The notes: generated by a model not told the origin, from the sequence alone. A stretch of DNA of 64,000 nt from Camelus dromedarius (GCF_036321535.1 NC_087451.1:32426001-32490000), one strand, 5' to 3'. Shown: positions 13,640-26,180, counted from the first letter of the stretch. Numbers and translations: made by a program.

Positions 13640-14029
13640 CGCGAGATTCTGCCCGCCGATGCTCCACGGGTTCCTCCGCCCTGCGACCCCTACTGGCCGT
13701 CCTGGTTACTGCCGACCTACCTCACGAAGGACCCGCCTCCTGGTGCGGTCGGTGGAGAGAAGGACATGGGGTTGAGGACTCGCAAAGACATCACAGAGAA
13801 CAGATCCGAGCTTCAGCGCGGAGGCAGAGACTAACCGGAAGCAGTGGGCCCGGGGGTCTTCACGGGTCAATGTAGCTGGAGGGTGCAGGAAGCCTGAAGG
13901 GACTTTAAACATAGTGAAGGGAAGAATTTTACAGGGTATGGGCTCAACTTCCTCGACTCATTCCTCAACTTCCTCAACTCATTCCCCTAAACATTTAGAT
14001 CGAGGTTAGGGAAATTCTAAAAAGCTAGA

Positions 14030-14200
14030 ATAATCAGTGGTTCTTAGCTTTGGGGGAGTAGAATCTGGTGCCAACACGGACACCTTCCTTGGGAAAACGC
14101 ACACTGAGCGCACATACACTCACACAGTTTTCCTTGTAATTCTAGGCAGCTCGTGGAGCCGGCAGAAGTCCAGGGACCTCAGGTTAAGAAGCCTTATTTA
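14030..14200. mobile_element. hAT-Charlie non-autonomous DNA transposon remnant
   Basis: cagtggttcttagc...caggttaagaagcc terminal inverted repeat pattern. Confidence 0.5.
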
Positions 14201-14559
14201 GACTGCTGTGAAGTTACGTCAATAGACTGGATTACTGATTTGAGGAGGTGGAGGTGGTAGAATGAATCAGCGTCAGGAAGGGCCTCCGGGTGTGTGGCAC
14301 AACCTTCTCATTTTGCAGATGAAATAACTGAGGCCAGAGGCAAGGGGCTGGCCAAAGACCACTGAGCAGCCAAGTGGATAAAGAAGCATTAGGTCTCCTG
14401 ATGCATCCCAAGGTGCCAGCTGCCTCCTGTCTTCTTATTAGACCAGTCATACCCCTGTCCTCCCAGCAGGTGCCTGTGTCACCTTCTCTGAGACAAGCCT
14501 GGGGTGTACGGGAGGTGGCAGTACTCAGGAGACAGCCAAACCTGGGCAGCAAAGCTGGT

Positions 14560-14740
14560 TCTGCCCCCTTCTAGCTGTGTTGCCTGGGGTAAGTTACCCA
14601 GCCTCTCTGAGTCGGTTTCCTCATCTATAAAGTAGGTATTATAATGTAAGTGTTAACCCCACAGGTCATTAGGAGGGTGAAATGATAATGAATGTAAAGC
14701 ACTTAACACACTGCCCGATATTTAGTACACATCAGTAATA
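14560..14740 (+). mobile_element. MIR remnant
   Basis: ctctctgagtcggtttcctcatctataaagtagg...aaagcacttaacacactgcc. Confidence 0.7.
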
Positions 14741-14931
14741 ATGATCGCAGTTACCGGTGGTCTGAAACAGGCCTACGGGGCACTCTTTGCATTTGTGGCC
14801 CCAGCTGCCGCGTAGGTGCGTCCTAGGCAGTCCCAGGGAGCGGTCCTGCTTTTCTGACGCCTATATGAGAGTAAGCTCCAGCCCCATCCATCACACTCGC
14901 TCCTGGAGAGGGCCCTGGGCGCATCCTCATC

Positions 14932-14950
14932 TGACCAGCAGGGGGCGTTG
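14932..14950 (+). promoter_or_regulatory. CTCF motif between USH1G and FADS6
   Basis: TGACCAGCAGGGGGCGTTG, near-consensus CTCF site. Confidence 0.75.
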
Positions 14951-15329
14951 ATAATCCAACCCCGTGGTTAAGGAACAGTCAGTTAGCCAACGGTGGGCCA
15001 ACCATAGAACTCACCTGTCCAGGATGGGTAGAGGGGCTGGGCTGAGAGAGGGCAGGTTGGGTCATGGGGTCACTGGACAGGATACTGAGGGGCTGTTTGG
15101 GAGGGTAAAAGCTTTGTGTCTCTAGCCTTTGTGTCCCCATCCCGAGATGGGGGAGCAAGCCTGCAGAAGCATTTCCTCCCAACCAGAGAATTCTATGTCT
15201 CCTTTCTGTCTTCTTGTCTCTTGGTCTCTCTGTCCCGTTTCTCCCTGTGACACTGGGACTCCTGGTCTCATCATCTCTCCTCACCTTTCTGTTGTCTCAT
15301 CTCTCTAGGTCTCAATGTCTCGTGGTGTC

Positions 15330-15830
15330 TGTGACATAATAAGAACTATGTAACTAGTCTCTGCTCCTGGTTCCCTAANNNNNNNNNNNNNNNNNNNNNN
15401 NNNNNNNNNNNNNNNNNNNNNNNNNNNNNNNNNNNNNNNNNNNNNNNNNNNNNNNNNNNNNNNNNNNNNNNNNNNNNNNNNNNNNNNNNNNNNNNNNNNN
15501 NNNNNNNNNNNNNNNNNNNCCCTCATCCTTTGGAGGGAAGGGAGAGGGGCTGGAGATTGAGTTAATAATTTATCATGCCGACATAATGAAGCCTCCATAA
15601 AAATCCCTAAACTATGGGGAGTCCGGCACAGAAGCTCCTGCCCTTAGGCCCCTCCTGGACCCTATGTGTCTCTTCACCTGGCGTTTCACGCATGTCCTTT
15701 ACAATATGCATTATAAAAAAAAAAAAACGGTAAATGTAAGTAAAGTGCTTTCTGAGCTCTGGGAGCGGCTTTAGCAAATTACTGAACCTGAGGAGGCGGG
15801 TTGCGGGAAACCTCGTGTCTGTAACCAGAT
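15330..15830 (+). mobile_element. MER21-like ERVL solo LTR, interrupted by a 141-N gap at 15379-15519
   Basis: gaagcctccataaaaatccctaa...ggtaaatgtaagtaaagtgctttctgagctctg...tagcaaattactgaacctgaggagg resembles the recalled MER21 consensus. Confidence 0.65.
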
Positions 15831-17042
15831 TGTCTCAAACCTAAGCAGCCTGGCTCCTGCTTGGCTGTGTCTCTTCATGATGCAAGGCATTTATTGAGCG
15901 CCTGCTGTTTGTCAGCCCTTTACATCTGTGATTTCAGTGCAACCTCACAACAGCCTCATTTATTAAAGACAGGGGCTTCTTAAACCCATTTGATAGAGGA
16001 GAAAACTGAGACTCCAGAACACTAGGTCACCATCTGAGTCACACAGCTGGTAGAAGAGGTGACAGAGCCTGACTCCCCACGTGCCTGACCCGGGACCGAC
16101 TGCCTCTCATGGCCCCATTTCTATTGAGAAGGTTGAGGGCAGCGAGCCCTCCCCAGATTTCTATAGCTGAATGACTAAGTCCTCTGGGGTTTCGAGCCCG
16201 AGATGGGGAAACTTCCGGCAAGTCCATTCAGAGCTACAAATGCCTGGTCTTTAGAGAAAAGCCCTTGCGGCATGCCAGTGTGGTGAGCCCTGGGAAGCCT
16301 TTTTATAAAGCTGCAAATCCCACGGGCCCTGTTCCTCGCTTCATTCAGTCTGGCTTCTTTATTCCACGGGCCTAGGTGAGTCTTCAAGGGCAAGTGTTCT
16401 GAGGGCAGTGGGACCCTCTCCCTGCTCCGGATATGTACGCACCCGCCCCACAGGGGCTCCCCCTATCCCACAGAACCAACCACCCCTCAGAGCATCGTGT
16501 CTTCAAGTCTTACAACAGCCATCTGAGCTGGGCCAGGGCAGGAAGGCATTATTTACAAGCCCCATTTCAGAGATGCAACAACTGAAGTTCAGGGGGACAG
16601 ATGACCTGCTAGCAAGTGCATAAACCAAGATGTCTATTTGCACTGCTGCACATGGCCAGCTGCCTTTTCAGAACACATATCTTGCACTTTCTACATCCCA
16701 GGAATGGCAAACCTGTGAGAACAGTATCACTGCCCCATCTCACAGGTAAGGCGATCAGGGCTCAGGCAGGCTAAGTCATTTCTCCAAGCCTCTGAGTGCA
16801 GAAGTGTCAGGGCTGTGGGATTCAGCGCCCAGACCCTGGCTCTTTCCATAGCTGCCCCAGCCTCTCCACACCCCATTCCCTGAGCCGCCTCCCCAGGTCA
16901 GAGCAGGAGCTCAGCTGGCAGGACTTGGAGAGGTGGGATGGGGGACAGATGGGACTCGCTGCTTCCTTCTCTTCCTCCATTCCTGTCATCTCCTCCTGTT
17001 CAGCCTTGAGTTATACCACAGACTGTTCTGTGCTTGTGTGCC

Positions 17043-17088
17043 CGTGTGTGTGCACGCGTGCGCGCGCGCGCACGTGTGTGTGTGTGTG
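17043..17088. repeat. Alternating purine-pyrimidine (TG)/(CG) tract
   Basis: 46 bp strictly alternating, containing (CG)5. Confidence 0.9.
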
Positions 17089-17256
17089 ATTCGGGTAAGG
17101 ATCCTGACTCAGAGCTTCCCGCGAGGCTTGCATATTTCTGTGAGCCTGAGTGTGCTTGTGTGTCTCTGTGGTTTTGCTCCCTAGTCTTTGCTCCAGGGCT
17201 TCCAAGTTTCCCGGAGGAGATATATGTGCACACATGTGTGCGTGTGTGGGTGTGAG

Positions 17257-17277
17257 CACACACACACACACACACAC
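17257..17277 (+). repeat. (CA)10 microsatellite
   Basis: Read directly. Confidence 0.9.
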
Positions 17278-20064
17278 GGAGGGCCCCACCACTTTGTCTG
17301 GAGCCTATTTTAGACTCCTCCTCCCACTTTATCTATTTTTAGGGCCCAGCTTCTTCAGACAGAAGGTGGGAGCTCTGGCCATCCACTTTCTCTGGCCTCA
17401 TCCCTCACCCTGAACCGAGGGTTCCAGAAAAGCTTCCTCCAGCCTCCCTCTCGGGGGCTGCCTTGTTGGGGGTCAGAGCCCCAGGGGCGGGTGTGGGCAG
17501 TAGGGGGAGAAGGACCACTGGTCCAGAAGGTGGGGAATGAGGTAGAAACAAATCTACCTTGTTGGGCAGCCAGGGTACCGAGCGACCTGGTGGGCCCTTC
17601 CCCTGGGCCGCAGTCCCAGGTTGGACTCATGGCTCTGACATTTGCTGGGGAGGCTAAATGTGATTCCAAGCCTCGATGTTTTCATCTGTAAGTGGGGATA
17701 ATTATACCCCATGGCATAGGCCAGTTGTGGGGATAAACTACATAAAGCACTGGCCTTGACAGCCAGGAGGTGGAGGAGCAGCCCAGGGCCTGGCGGACAG
17801 GAATGTGGGGACTGGGGGGGCTCCATGAGCATCAGCCAGGCCTGGGCATCCCTGAGCTGGTGGCAGAGAGAACTGACATGCTGGATTGTCCCCAAACTCC
17901 CCTTCCCATGCTCAGCACAACTTCTGTGCAGCCTGTTTGGTATTGCAGAGCAGAAGTGGGAGGAATCAACATGCTCCCGAACCCCAGCCCTCTACACAGA
18001 TGCACACACAGAAAACATGGGAAAGGAGGAGAGGGAAATAGGACTGAGCATAGTCAGGCCCTTTTCTCACTGGAAATGGAAACGATTTATTAGCATCATT
18101 ACCGATACCAATATATGTGAGATTCAAATCATACCAATAGCCAATATAACAATAATGTGATAATTATAATAGCGCAAGGAATGGTATTAGTGATCATGTA
18201 TCTACTGTGAGCATTTTCCCTTTTATTACATACCTGGTAAAGTACATAGCATCACCCTCATCCACTCCCAATCACCCTCTCAGAAAACTGAGGCTCAGAG
18301 AAGCCAAGTGACTTACCTAAGGTCACACAGCAAGGACTGGAACCTGAGTGTGTCTGTGTCCAGAGCCCCGCTCCAGACACTGTTCTCAGCTGCCTCCACA
18401 CCGTGCAAGCACCACAGCCCTCACTCCCCTTCCAGCCCTGGCACTGGCCCCCCATCCCCAGGCCCAACTCACAACCTTGGGGCTACTGCATACCTCAGAG
18501 TCACTCACACACACTGGACTGTGGTGTTGAACTGACGCAGGGGGAGGGTCCAGGTGACCCTTGGAAAAATCGCACAAGGCAGGAGTCTGGGTTGCTAGGA
18601 TCTCCAGCTTTGGGTTTTCAAGGACCTAAGTTGCTGAGGAACTTGGACAGGTAGCCTGGGCCTCTGTTTCCTGTAAGGTGGGGACAGACTAATGGCCCTT
18701 GAAGCTTCAGTAGTGTCCCCACCAGGTCAAGGTCAGCCCCTTTTCCTTCACCCCTCTCACTCCCTGACCTGCCTCTGGGCCATCACCAACCTGGCTTTGT
18801 CCCTGCAGAATGGGTAGCAGCCTGGAAGGTGGGGTGGAGGCTGCAAGGAGCTGTGGCCAGCTGAGAAAAGGTCCTTGGATGCGAGGCTGATGCTGAGAGA
18901 CCCCGTCCGTGTGGCCCTGTGCTGCTGGAGCCAGGGGAGCTTGGGGTGCTAGTCCCACTCTCAGCTGACCAAGATCTGAGCCAGAGGCCAGGCCACTTCT
19001 CCCCTAGCTCACTCAGCCCCACCCCTGTGAATAATGCCACTTGCCTCCCGGAGCTGAGCCTCACCGGGCTTTGATGACTTGGCGGGTGGCATGAATGGGT
19101 GGAAGACAAAAAAGGGTTAAAGACTCAGTCACCTGGGCTTCAAGTGTAGAAATGGCTACCTTGCTGGCAGGAGGTGCCTTTCTAATCCACCCTGTGCCCC
19201 CCAGCCTCCCATACCAACCCTCCAGGTCTCCAAACCCATCCCTGACTCTCAGGATCCCCCTCCAGGTCCTGGGGACAGGGCAGGGCTCCTTCCCACCCTA
19301 CACCAACCACAACAATAATTAACCCCACTGAACCCCAGCAAATAAAGATCTGAATCGCAGAAGGGAGGAATCATCGCCGCCCCAGGGTGGGGAACTCTGG
19401 AGGTCCCAGAAAGGCCAAATCCAGCATCACCTGACACCCCAATTCCCATGCTACTAATGCCTGGGTGGGCCCATGGGTGCTCAGCCCGGTGGGGGCCGGG
19501 ATAGGGGCTCACCTGTCTCAGGTCTGGATTGGAATCTTCTCTACCATCTCATTTGTTTTAAACCTTTTCTCTCTTCCTTCTTTTCTCTGGAGTCAGTTTC
19601 CATAATCTTCCCAAGCCTCCATCTAATCATTTACATAGCAAATGTTTACTGAACACCTACTACATGCCATACACTGTGTAAGGCCCAGGGAAGCAGTGTT
19701 GTTCAAAGAACAGGAAGGACCTGTCTCTCCAACAAGCCCCATTGCCTTCTCCTTCAGGCAGCCTGTTTTGACTCACACAAGTCTGCCCATCAGCTAGTAA
19801 ATATCCAGCAGTGCTACAAGACACAGCGCTGGGCCTGACGGGTGTGAGTCTGTGTTGGGGGGCTGGGCAGTTTGGATATTATAGAGGAGGTTCAAGGAAA
19901 GATAAGGAAGGTGTGTGCAGGGCTGGTGCCCTCAGGAAGCTCCCTGTGCAGTCGGTGATGGGACAAAAACTGGCTGCATGGTCATTAATACTACTTCCTC
20001 TTCTGGGCATACAGGAAGGCTACAATCTGAAGTCTACCTGAGGTTAGGTTGGGGCTATCTGCCT

Positions 20065-20345
20065 GGGTTCTGGCCCAGGGGATGCAGATGGAAGTGACAC
20101 AAGCCACTTTCAGAGCTGGAGCTAACACTACCTTTCTGTGTGTCCCTTCCAGTCCCAAGGCAATCACAGCGGCCTGTGTTGGAGATGGAGGCGTCACAGG
20201 AGGGAAGGGGCCTGAATCCCCAAGTCCCTACCTGACCCATAGTGGACCATGATGTGAGCAAGAAATAAACCTGTGTTTTGTTTAGTCGCTGGGATTTTGG
20301 GCTTATTTGTCACAGCTGTGAGTGTTAACGTCTCCTGGTTAATAC
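20065..20345 (+). mobile_element. MLT1-type (ERVL-MaLR) LTR remnant
   Basis: atgtgagcaagaaataaacctgtg...gatttt gggcttatttgtcacagc...ttaataca is a typical MLT1 3' end. Confidence 0.65.
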
Positions 20346-21499
20346 AGGCAAATGACATAAAGCACATTGAACCCTATGGCCAGATCACAGTGTGAGAGAG
20401 GGACCGCTGCCGGGCAGTACACAACGGCTGATGTCTAATGCAAGCTGGGAGATGAGGAGGTCAGAGGAAGGGAGAGACACAGAGCTGGAGCACCCGACAT
20501 ACAGTACGTGCTCAGGAAAATTGGTTGAATGAGTAGAATATATGCTTTGGAAAAGCTTTACAGGGGTGGCTGAAGTGACCAGAGCCCCAGAGGATGGGTG
20601 GGGCTTGGATGAGGGATGAGAGTAGAGAACTGAGAAAGCATGATACTTATCCAGGGGTCAAAGGTCAGGGAGCAGTCACTTTGGCCCAAGCAGGAGAGTA
20701 GTCAGAGATGGAGGTAGAACTTGGAGGCCCTCCAAGGCCAAGTTGAGCAATTTAGACTTTTGGTCATGGGCTAATGGTCTCCAAAGGGGGGTGTGCACAC
20801 AATCTTTGGGAGGCACAGGGAGAAAATATTAAAATTCCTATTGAAGTTTATCTCACTCCATTTTTAGTGTGTATGAAGCTACTAAGGCTAAGAGAAGTTG
20901 AGTAACTTACCCAAGGTCACACAGTTAGCATGCCAGATTCCAAAGCTGTGCTCTGCACATATGCTGAATCTTGTGCAGACAGGAGAGGGGTTAAGCAGGG
21001 GCAGAGGCAGGTTTAGAGGAGGTGGCTGGGAGGCTGGAGACAGCCCCTAGCCCTGGCTGTCTCTGCCTTAGCAGCGGGCCTGCAGCCCATTGTAGGCAGA
21101 GGACAAGGAGCCTGCCCAGACCTGCCCCCCAGCACCTGTTGTGAGAAGCCAAGCAGAGAGCCCTGATGGGGGCAGGCCTGCCTGGCCAACCACCCAGAGC
21201 CTTTCACCCCAGGCTCCGTTCTCACAATTTATTCTCACCTTTGCTGGGAGCTGGGAGGCAGAGGACGGGGTCTGAGAGCTCACAATGGGATGACAGAGAG
21301 AAAAGGAGAAGAGTTTGGTACATCAGCCACTCTGCCACTCCCACACGCTCAGCTGCTAACCCCCAAGGCCAAGGGAGCCCAGGCGCCAGCCTCACCCTGC
21401 TCTCCTGCACTTTACTTACTGTGCTGGATTTATGGATGACATCTACCTTCTGGTTTATGCCTCTGAAAAAAAACCCAATTATTTCCCAATTTTAAAAAC

Positions 21500-21780
21500 A
21501 AAATAAAAATATTGGAAGTATAGTTGATTTACAATATTGTGCTAGTTTCAACTATACAGCAAAGTGATTCAGTGATACATATATATGCATATGTATGTAT
21601 GTCAGATTATTTTCCATTATAGGTTATTATAAGGTATTGAATCTAGTTCTATGTGCTCTACAGTAACTCCTTGTTGCTTATCTATTTTATGTGTAGTAGT
21701 TTGTATCTGTTAATCCCGTACTCCAAATTTATCCCTCCCCCTACCTCCTCTCCCCTTTGGTAACCGTAAGTTTGTTTTCT
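21500..21780 (-). mobile_element. L1 3' UTR fragment (artiodactyl-type)
   Basis: gaagtatagttgatttacaatattgtg...tacagcaaagtgattcag...ccttgttgcttatctatttt...ttggtaaccgtaagtttgttttct. Confidence 0.85.
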
Positions 21781-23165
21781 AAAATAAAGCAAATGTTTTC
21801 ATTAAAATAGAGTATACATCCAGAAAAATGTACACATCATAACAAGGTAGCAGGATGAATTTTTACAAACTGAACACAGTCAAGGATAATTAACATCCTA
21901 TCAAGAAACAAAGTATTTACCAGCCTCCAGAAATCCCTTGTGTGCCCTGGTTACTACCCCTTAGGCGGTAACGGCCACCCTAAGCCTGTTTTTGAACTTG
22001 TATGAACGGAATAAGATTGAGGCTGGGCTCTGCTGTGTTTGGTCTCTCTTGTTCAACATCAGGTATGGGCTGAATGGTACTCCACGGCATGTGTACACTA
22101 CATTTTATTTATCATTCTCCTGCTGGGGTATATTTGAGTTGTCCCCAGTTTTTGCCTATTTTGGGTAACGTTGCTGTGAATGTTTGTGTATGTTTATTCA
22201 TGTTTCTGTTGAGTACCTCAGGAAGCCATGTGTCCAGCTTTAGTGAAGCTCTTGCCATTTTAAAGGAAGACCTGCTTTGTTGTCTTGTTTTTCCTTATTC
22301 GACTTTATTGACGTCTAATGAACTATAATAAGACGCACCCATTTTGAGTGTGCAGGTCAGTTACTTTTGACAGAAGTATGCACCTGTGTAAACACCACCA
22401 CAATCAAGATACAGAGCATTTTCATCATCCCAGACGGTTTCCTCATGTCCCTTTGCAATTAGTATCCCCCACCCACTCCTCCCCAGGCAAGGACTGACTT
22501 GATTTCTATCACCAGGTATTGGTTCTGCCCATTCTTGGACTTCTTATAAATGGGATCATACAGTAAGTAATTGTATCTTCTTACCCTCCTCATAATTTCT
22601 GAGAGATTATACCTATCAGCGCATCCAGTGTTACTGGACCGTCTCCTCCTTGTTATGAGGTAGGCTGTCTGCATCCTAGTTGGTGTATCCATTCTCCTGT
22701 TGGTGGACATTTAGGCTGCCTCCGCTTTGGCTGTGATGAATGACGCTGCAACGATTGTCCAGGTTCACATCATCCTTCCTTTCTGGAGGGGGAAGGTAAT
22801 TAGGTTTACCACTTGAGCTATACCCTCCCCCCAACATCTTAACATGGTCACGTATTTCATTACTCCTGAGTGAATACCTGGGAGCTGAATCGCTGTGTCA
22901 TAGGGTAAGTGCATATTTACCTCACAAGGAACTGCCGAACTGTTTTCCAAGGAGTTTGTACAACTTTTCACTCTTAGCAATGAAACAGAGGTCGGTTACT
23001 CCGCATCCCCTTGCCAACGCTCAGTGTTGCCTGGCTGTTTAATTTTAGCCATTCTCCAGGTCTGAAGGACTCTCTCATTGGGATTTTAATTTGCATTTTC
23101 CTGAAGACTAATGATGTGGAGCATCTTTTCATGTGTTTATTGGCCATTTGTACCTTTCCTTTGGT
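21780..23165 (-). mobile_element. Old L1M (L1MB/MC-like) fragments
   Basis: aacaccaccacaatcaagatacagagcatttt..., ttaatttgcattttcctgaagactaatgatgtggagcatcttttcatgtgtttattggccatttg. Confidence 0.75.
22772..22832 (-). mobile_element. Internally deleted Vic-1-type SINE nested in L1M
   Basis: Minus strand GGGGGGAGGGTATAGCTCAAGTGGT joined directly to AAACCTAATTACCT(T)CCCCC, i.e. the head and tail of the full copy at 62545-62701. Confidence 0.7.
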
Positions 23166-23863
23166 GAACTGTTAGTTCAAGTCTATTCCCCCATCTCCCA
23201 TTCCACAGCCCCGCCCCTGCCACCTACACCCTCCGTACCCTCTTGTTTGAGTCTGTTCTTAATTGTCTGCCTCTCTCCAAGGAGGCTACCAGTCAGCCCC
23301 ATCCCACGGGGATTCTTGGCTCTTCCAAGCTCCTCTAATACGTCTGCCTCTGCTCCTGTTTGACACAGCACATCTCCTTACAGCATCACTTAGACGTCCA
23401 GCAGGTTACCAAAGCCTGGAGAGGGGCTTCTTGGTACCAGGAAGTTCCCTAGTCTATATAATAAAACCAGTGGGATTCTGCCTTTATCAAATTGTAATGT
23501 TGCATATTAATATCGAATATGCTTTTAAAAATTGTAGATATCCCCTTCCTGAAAATGCTAGTATATTGGAGAGGGAGGAACTTGAAGGTGGGATAGGGAG
23601 GGGGAAGTGCAACTCCCCCTTCTCTGTCTTGGGAATCTCTGATAAAAACAAAAGATAATTGGATTTAGAGGAGACGTCCTGGATTAGAGTTCTACTTCTG
23701 CCATTTTGGCACTGTGGGGTGGGTGTGGGCAGATCAGTTCATCTCTCTGGGCCTCCATCAATTAAATGGGGATGGTGTCATCCTTGCAAGTTGTTGTGAG
23801 TTGTAGGGACTAGACAAGACCTGATGAGTATGTGGAAGTCAACAGTAAACTCTAAGGAGCCAG

Positions 23864-23865
<2 letters not shown>

Positions 23866-23905
<40 letters not shown>
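23866..23905 (+). repeat. (GT)20 microsatellite
   Basis: Read directly. Confidence 0.95.
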
Positions 23906-23907
<2 letters not shown>

Positions 23908-24169
23908 TGGCGGGGGTGAGAATTGGTCTATTAAATTGTAAGCCCTTCAGAATACCGACCTGATAAAGAAACCTTGCCTTTTTCTGAAACAGTGGAGAGA
24001 TAAACTCATAAGAAATGAAGAGAAAAGCCGAGGAAGACAGAGGAATCAGTCCTAAGTGTTCCTGCCCCTTCCTCACAGGTTTTTGCTCCTCCGGCTCTCC
24101 CTCTGCCATTCCTCTTTTCCAAAGGTCTCCTGCTGCCAGTACTGCTGCCCGCACCATCCCAGAGCTCAC

Positions 24170-24400
24170 TTTAAAAAAAAAAACTGAAAGTTTAGCTGAT
24201 TTACAAAATTGTGTTAATTTCTGTACAGCATAGTGATTCAGTTATACATACATACATTCTTTTTTATATTCTTTTTCATTATAGGTTATTACAAGTTATT
24301 GAATATAGTTCTCCGTGCTATACAGTAGAACCTTGTTGTTTATTCTGTGTATAGTAGTTTGTATGTGCTAATCCCAAACTCTCAAATTATGCCTCCGCAC
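24170..24400 (-). mobile_element. L1 3' UTR fragment
   Basis: gatttacaaaattgtgttaatttctgtacagcatagtgattcagttatacat...gctatacagtagaaccttgttgtttatt. Confidence 0.85.
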
Positions 24401-25049
24401 CTCCCCCACATCCTGACCTCATTTTCAAAGGCACTTCAGTGGGAAACCAGGGGGAAAGTTAAACAAAAAAGAAAAAGGGGAAAGGACCCTCAGAAACTGA
24501 GAAGGGAGTTTGTTGAACGCAGTGGCTTGTGCTCCCAGGGCCAAGGCCACCCTCCAGCAGCGCTGGGCCAGGCCCTGGGCTGAGAAGGGACTAGGCCAGG
24601 TGCTGCTCCCAAGTCTTGGGTGCTGTTTGTGGGGCCTTCAGAGCTAGGCAGGCACCCCTGAGTGAGTGGCACTGCAGAGGGTGTCCACCGGGAACGGTGA
24701 CCTCTTAGTGTGTTTTCTCTATAATTATGCCTTTTCACACACTAGGCTGGAGAGCCCACTCTCCACAGGTCAACACTGCTAAAGCTGGACTTGGAGGGGA
24801 CCCCCGCTCCCCTGTTGGTCTGGGTAGCATGAGTGCCCATGAATTCAAAAACATTTCTGCGCCACACACCGTTTTAGGTACTGAAGACACAGCCCAAGAA
24901 AAAGCGGCAAGGTGAGGCCAGCCAGCATCAGCGCCTAGTCTGTTGGCAGAGACAGATAGGGACCAAATGTCCTTAAGTCTGGGAGCGGCTGCTAAGAGCT
25001 ACTAAGAAAAATACTCAGTCTGTGGGAGAAAAACGGTGCCACACACCCA

Positions 25050-25710
25050 AGGACGGTGCTGGGCCAGGGAAAACGCGAGGGAGTTATTTGAGGCCAGGCG
25101 GTTAGGGAAGGCCCTCCGGGGTCTCCCCTGGGGTCTCAGCGCCCCCTCCCCGCCCCCGCCGGCTGCCCGCTCGCTGCTGCTGGCTTCCCCACCCCCGCGC
25201 GTCTGCGCGCTCCTCCTGCGAAGGCTCTGGTCCCTCCTGCCAGGAGGTGGCCCGAGGCCGGGCCGGGTCCCGCCGCGCGCAGCAGGAGGAGCTCAGGTGC
25301 CCAGCGCGCACCGTGACACCAGGGGTGGGTGTCCCCACGGCGCGCGTGACTCCGCCCCGGCCCGCCCCCGCTCGCGCTGCGCGCCTCGCCCGGCGCCGCA
25401 CACGCTGCCGGTCTTCCCCGTCCTCCGCCCGCGCCCGGCCCGGCGCCTGGAGCCCATGGAGCCCGCGGCCGGAGCGCCCCGGGGGAGCGGCGGCGCCGAG
25501 GCGCTGCTGGGCGAACTGGAGGCGAGGGTCCAGGACGTGGTGAGGGCGAGCTCGTGGTGGGAGCGCCATGGCGTGGACTGCGCCATCCTCGCGCTCAGCC
25601 TCCTTGCCTTGCCGCCCGGTGAGGGACACGGGGACACAGGGACAGGACGATAAGGGGCCCGGGCTGGGGTGAGAGACGGTGGGACGGTGGGTGCGGGGGA
25701 GGGTGACGGA
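25050..25710. promoter_or_regulatory. FADS6 CpG-island promoter
   Basis: High CpG density and multiple GC boxes (CCGCCC) upstream of and across exon 1. Confidence 0.75.
25456..25618 (+). CDS. FADS6: Fatty acid desaturase 6, exon 1 (163 nt coding)
   Basis: CCCATGG; MEPAAGAPRGSGGAEALLGELEARVQDVVRASSWWERHGVDCAILALSLLALPP; donor GTGAG at 25619. Confidence 0.92.
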
Positions 25711-26180
25711 CAGGGCTGGGAGGCGGCAGGGTGGGGTAGACGGCACATGCCTGGGACTCTAGGGCAGAGGGTCACACTCCAACCCCGAAAATCTGGTTGG
25801 GGTGTCCTGCCTTGTGTACCCAGAGAAGCCCTGATGGCATGAATGGCGGTGAAGGAGAAAATTGAGAGGAGTCAGGGAGAGGCCAGGAGGGACGAGGTGG
25901 CTTGGGGAGGGGGAGGAGGATCCGCGGGAACACGAAGTACAGGACGAGGGGAGTGAGAGGGAGGATGAGAGTTTTCCCTGGACCTCCCCTGGTCTGGACC
26001 ACCCCCTATGCTCTGGCCCCATCCCTCCTCTGGCTGGGGTGTAGAATCAAGACTCCCAGCATCTCCTTGGTGAGTCAGTGGGGCTCTGTTTTGTCCCCAA
26101 TACTGTAGAGAGAGGCAAGCCATCCCCCTCAGGCCATCGTGGGACCTGCCTCGCCGCTGTTCTCTATGGCGGCTTGCAGG

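Noticed and set aside
25036-25455. 140-codon in-frame extension upstream of the FADS6 ATG
   Set aside because: It starts at GTG, has low-complexity Pro/Arg/Ala content typical of stop-poor CpG islands, and resembles no protein I recognise.
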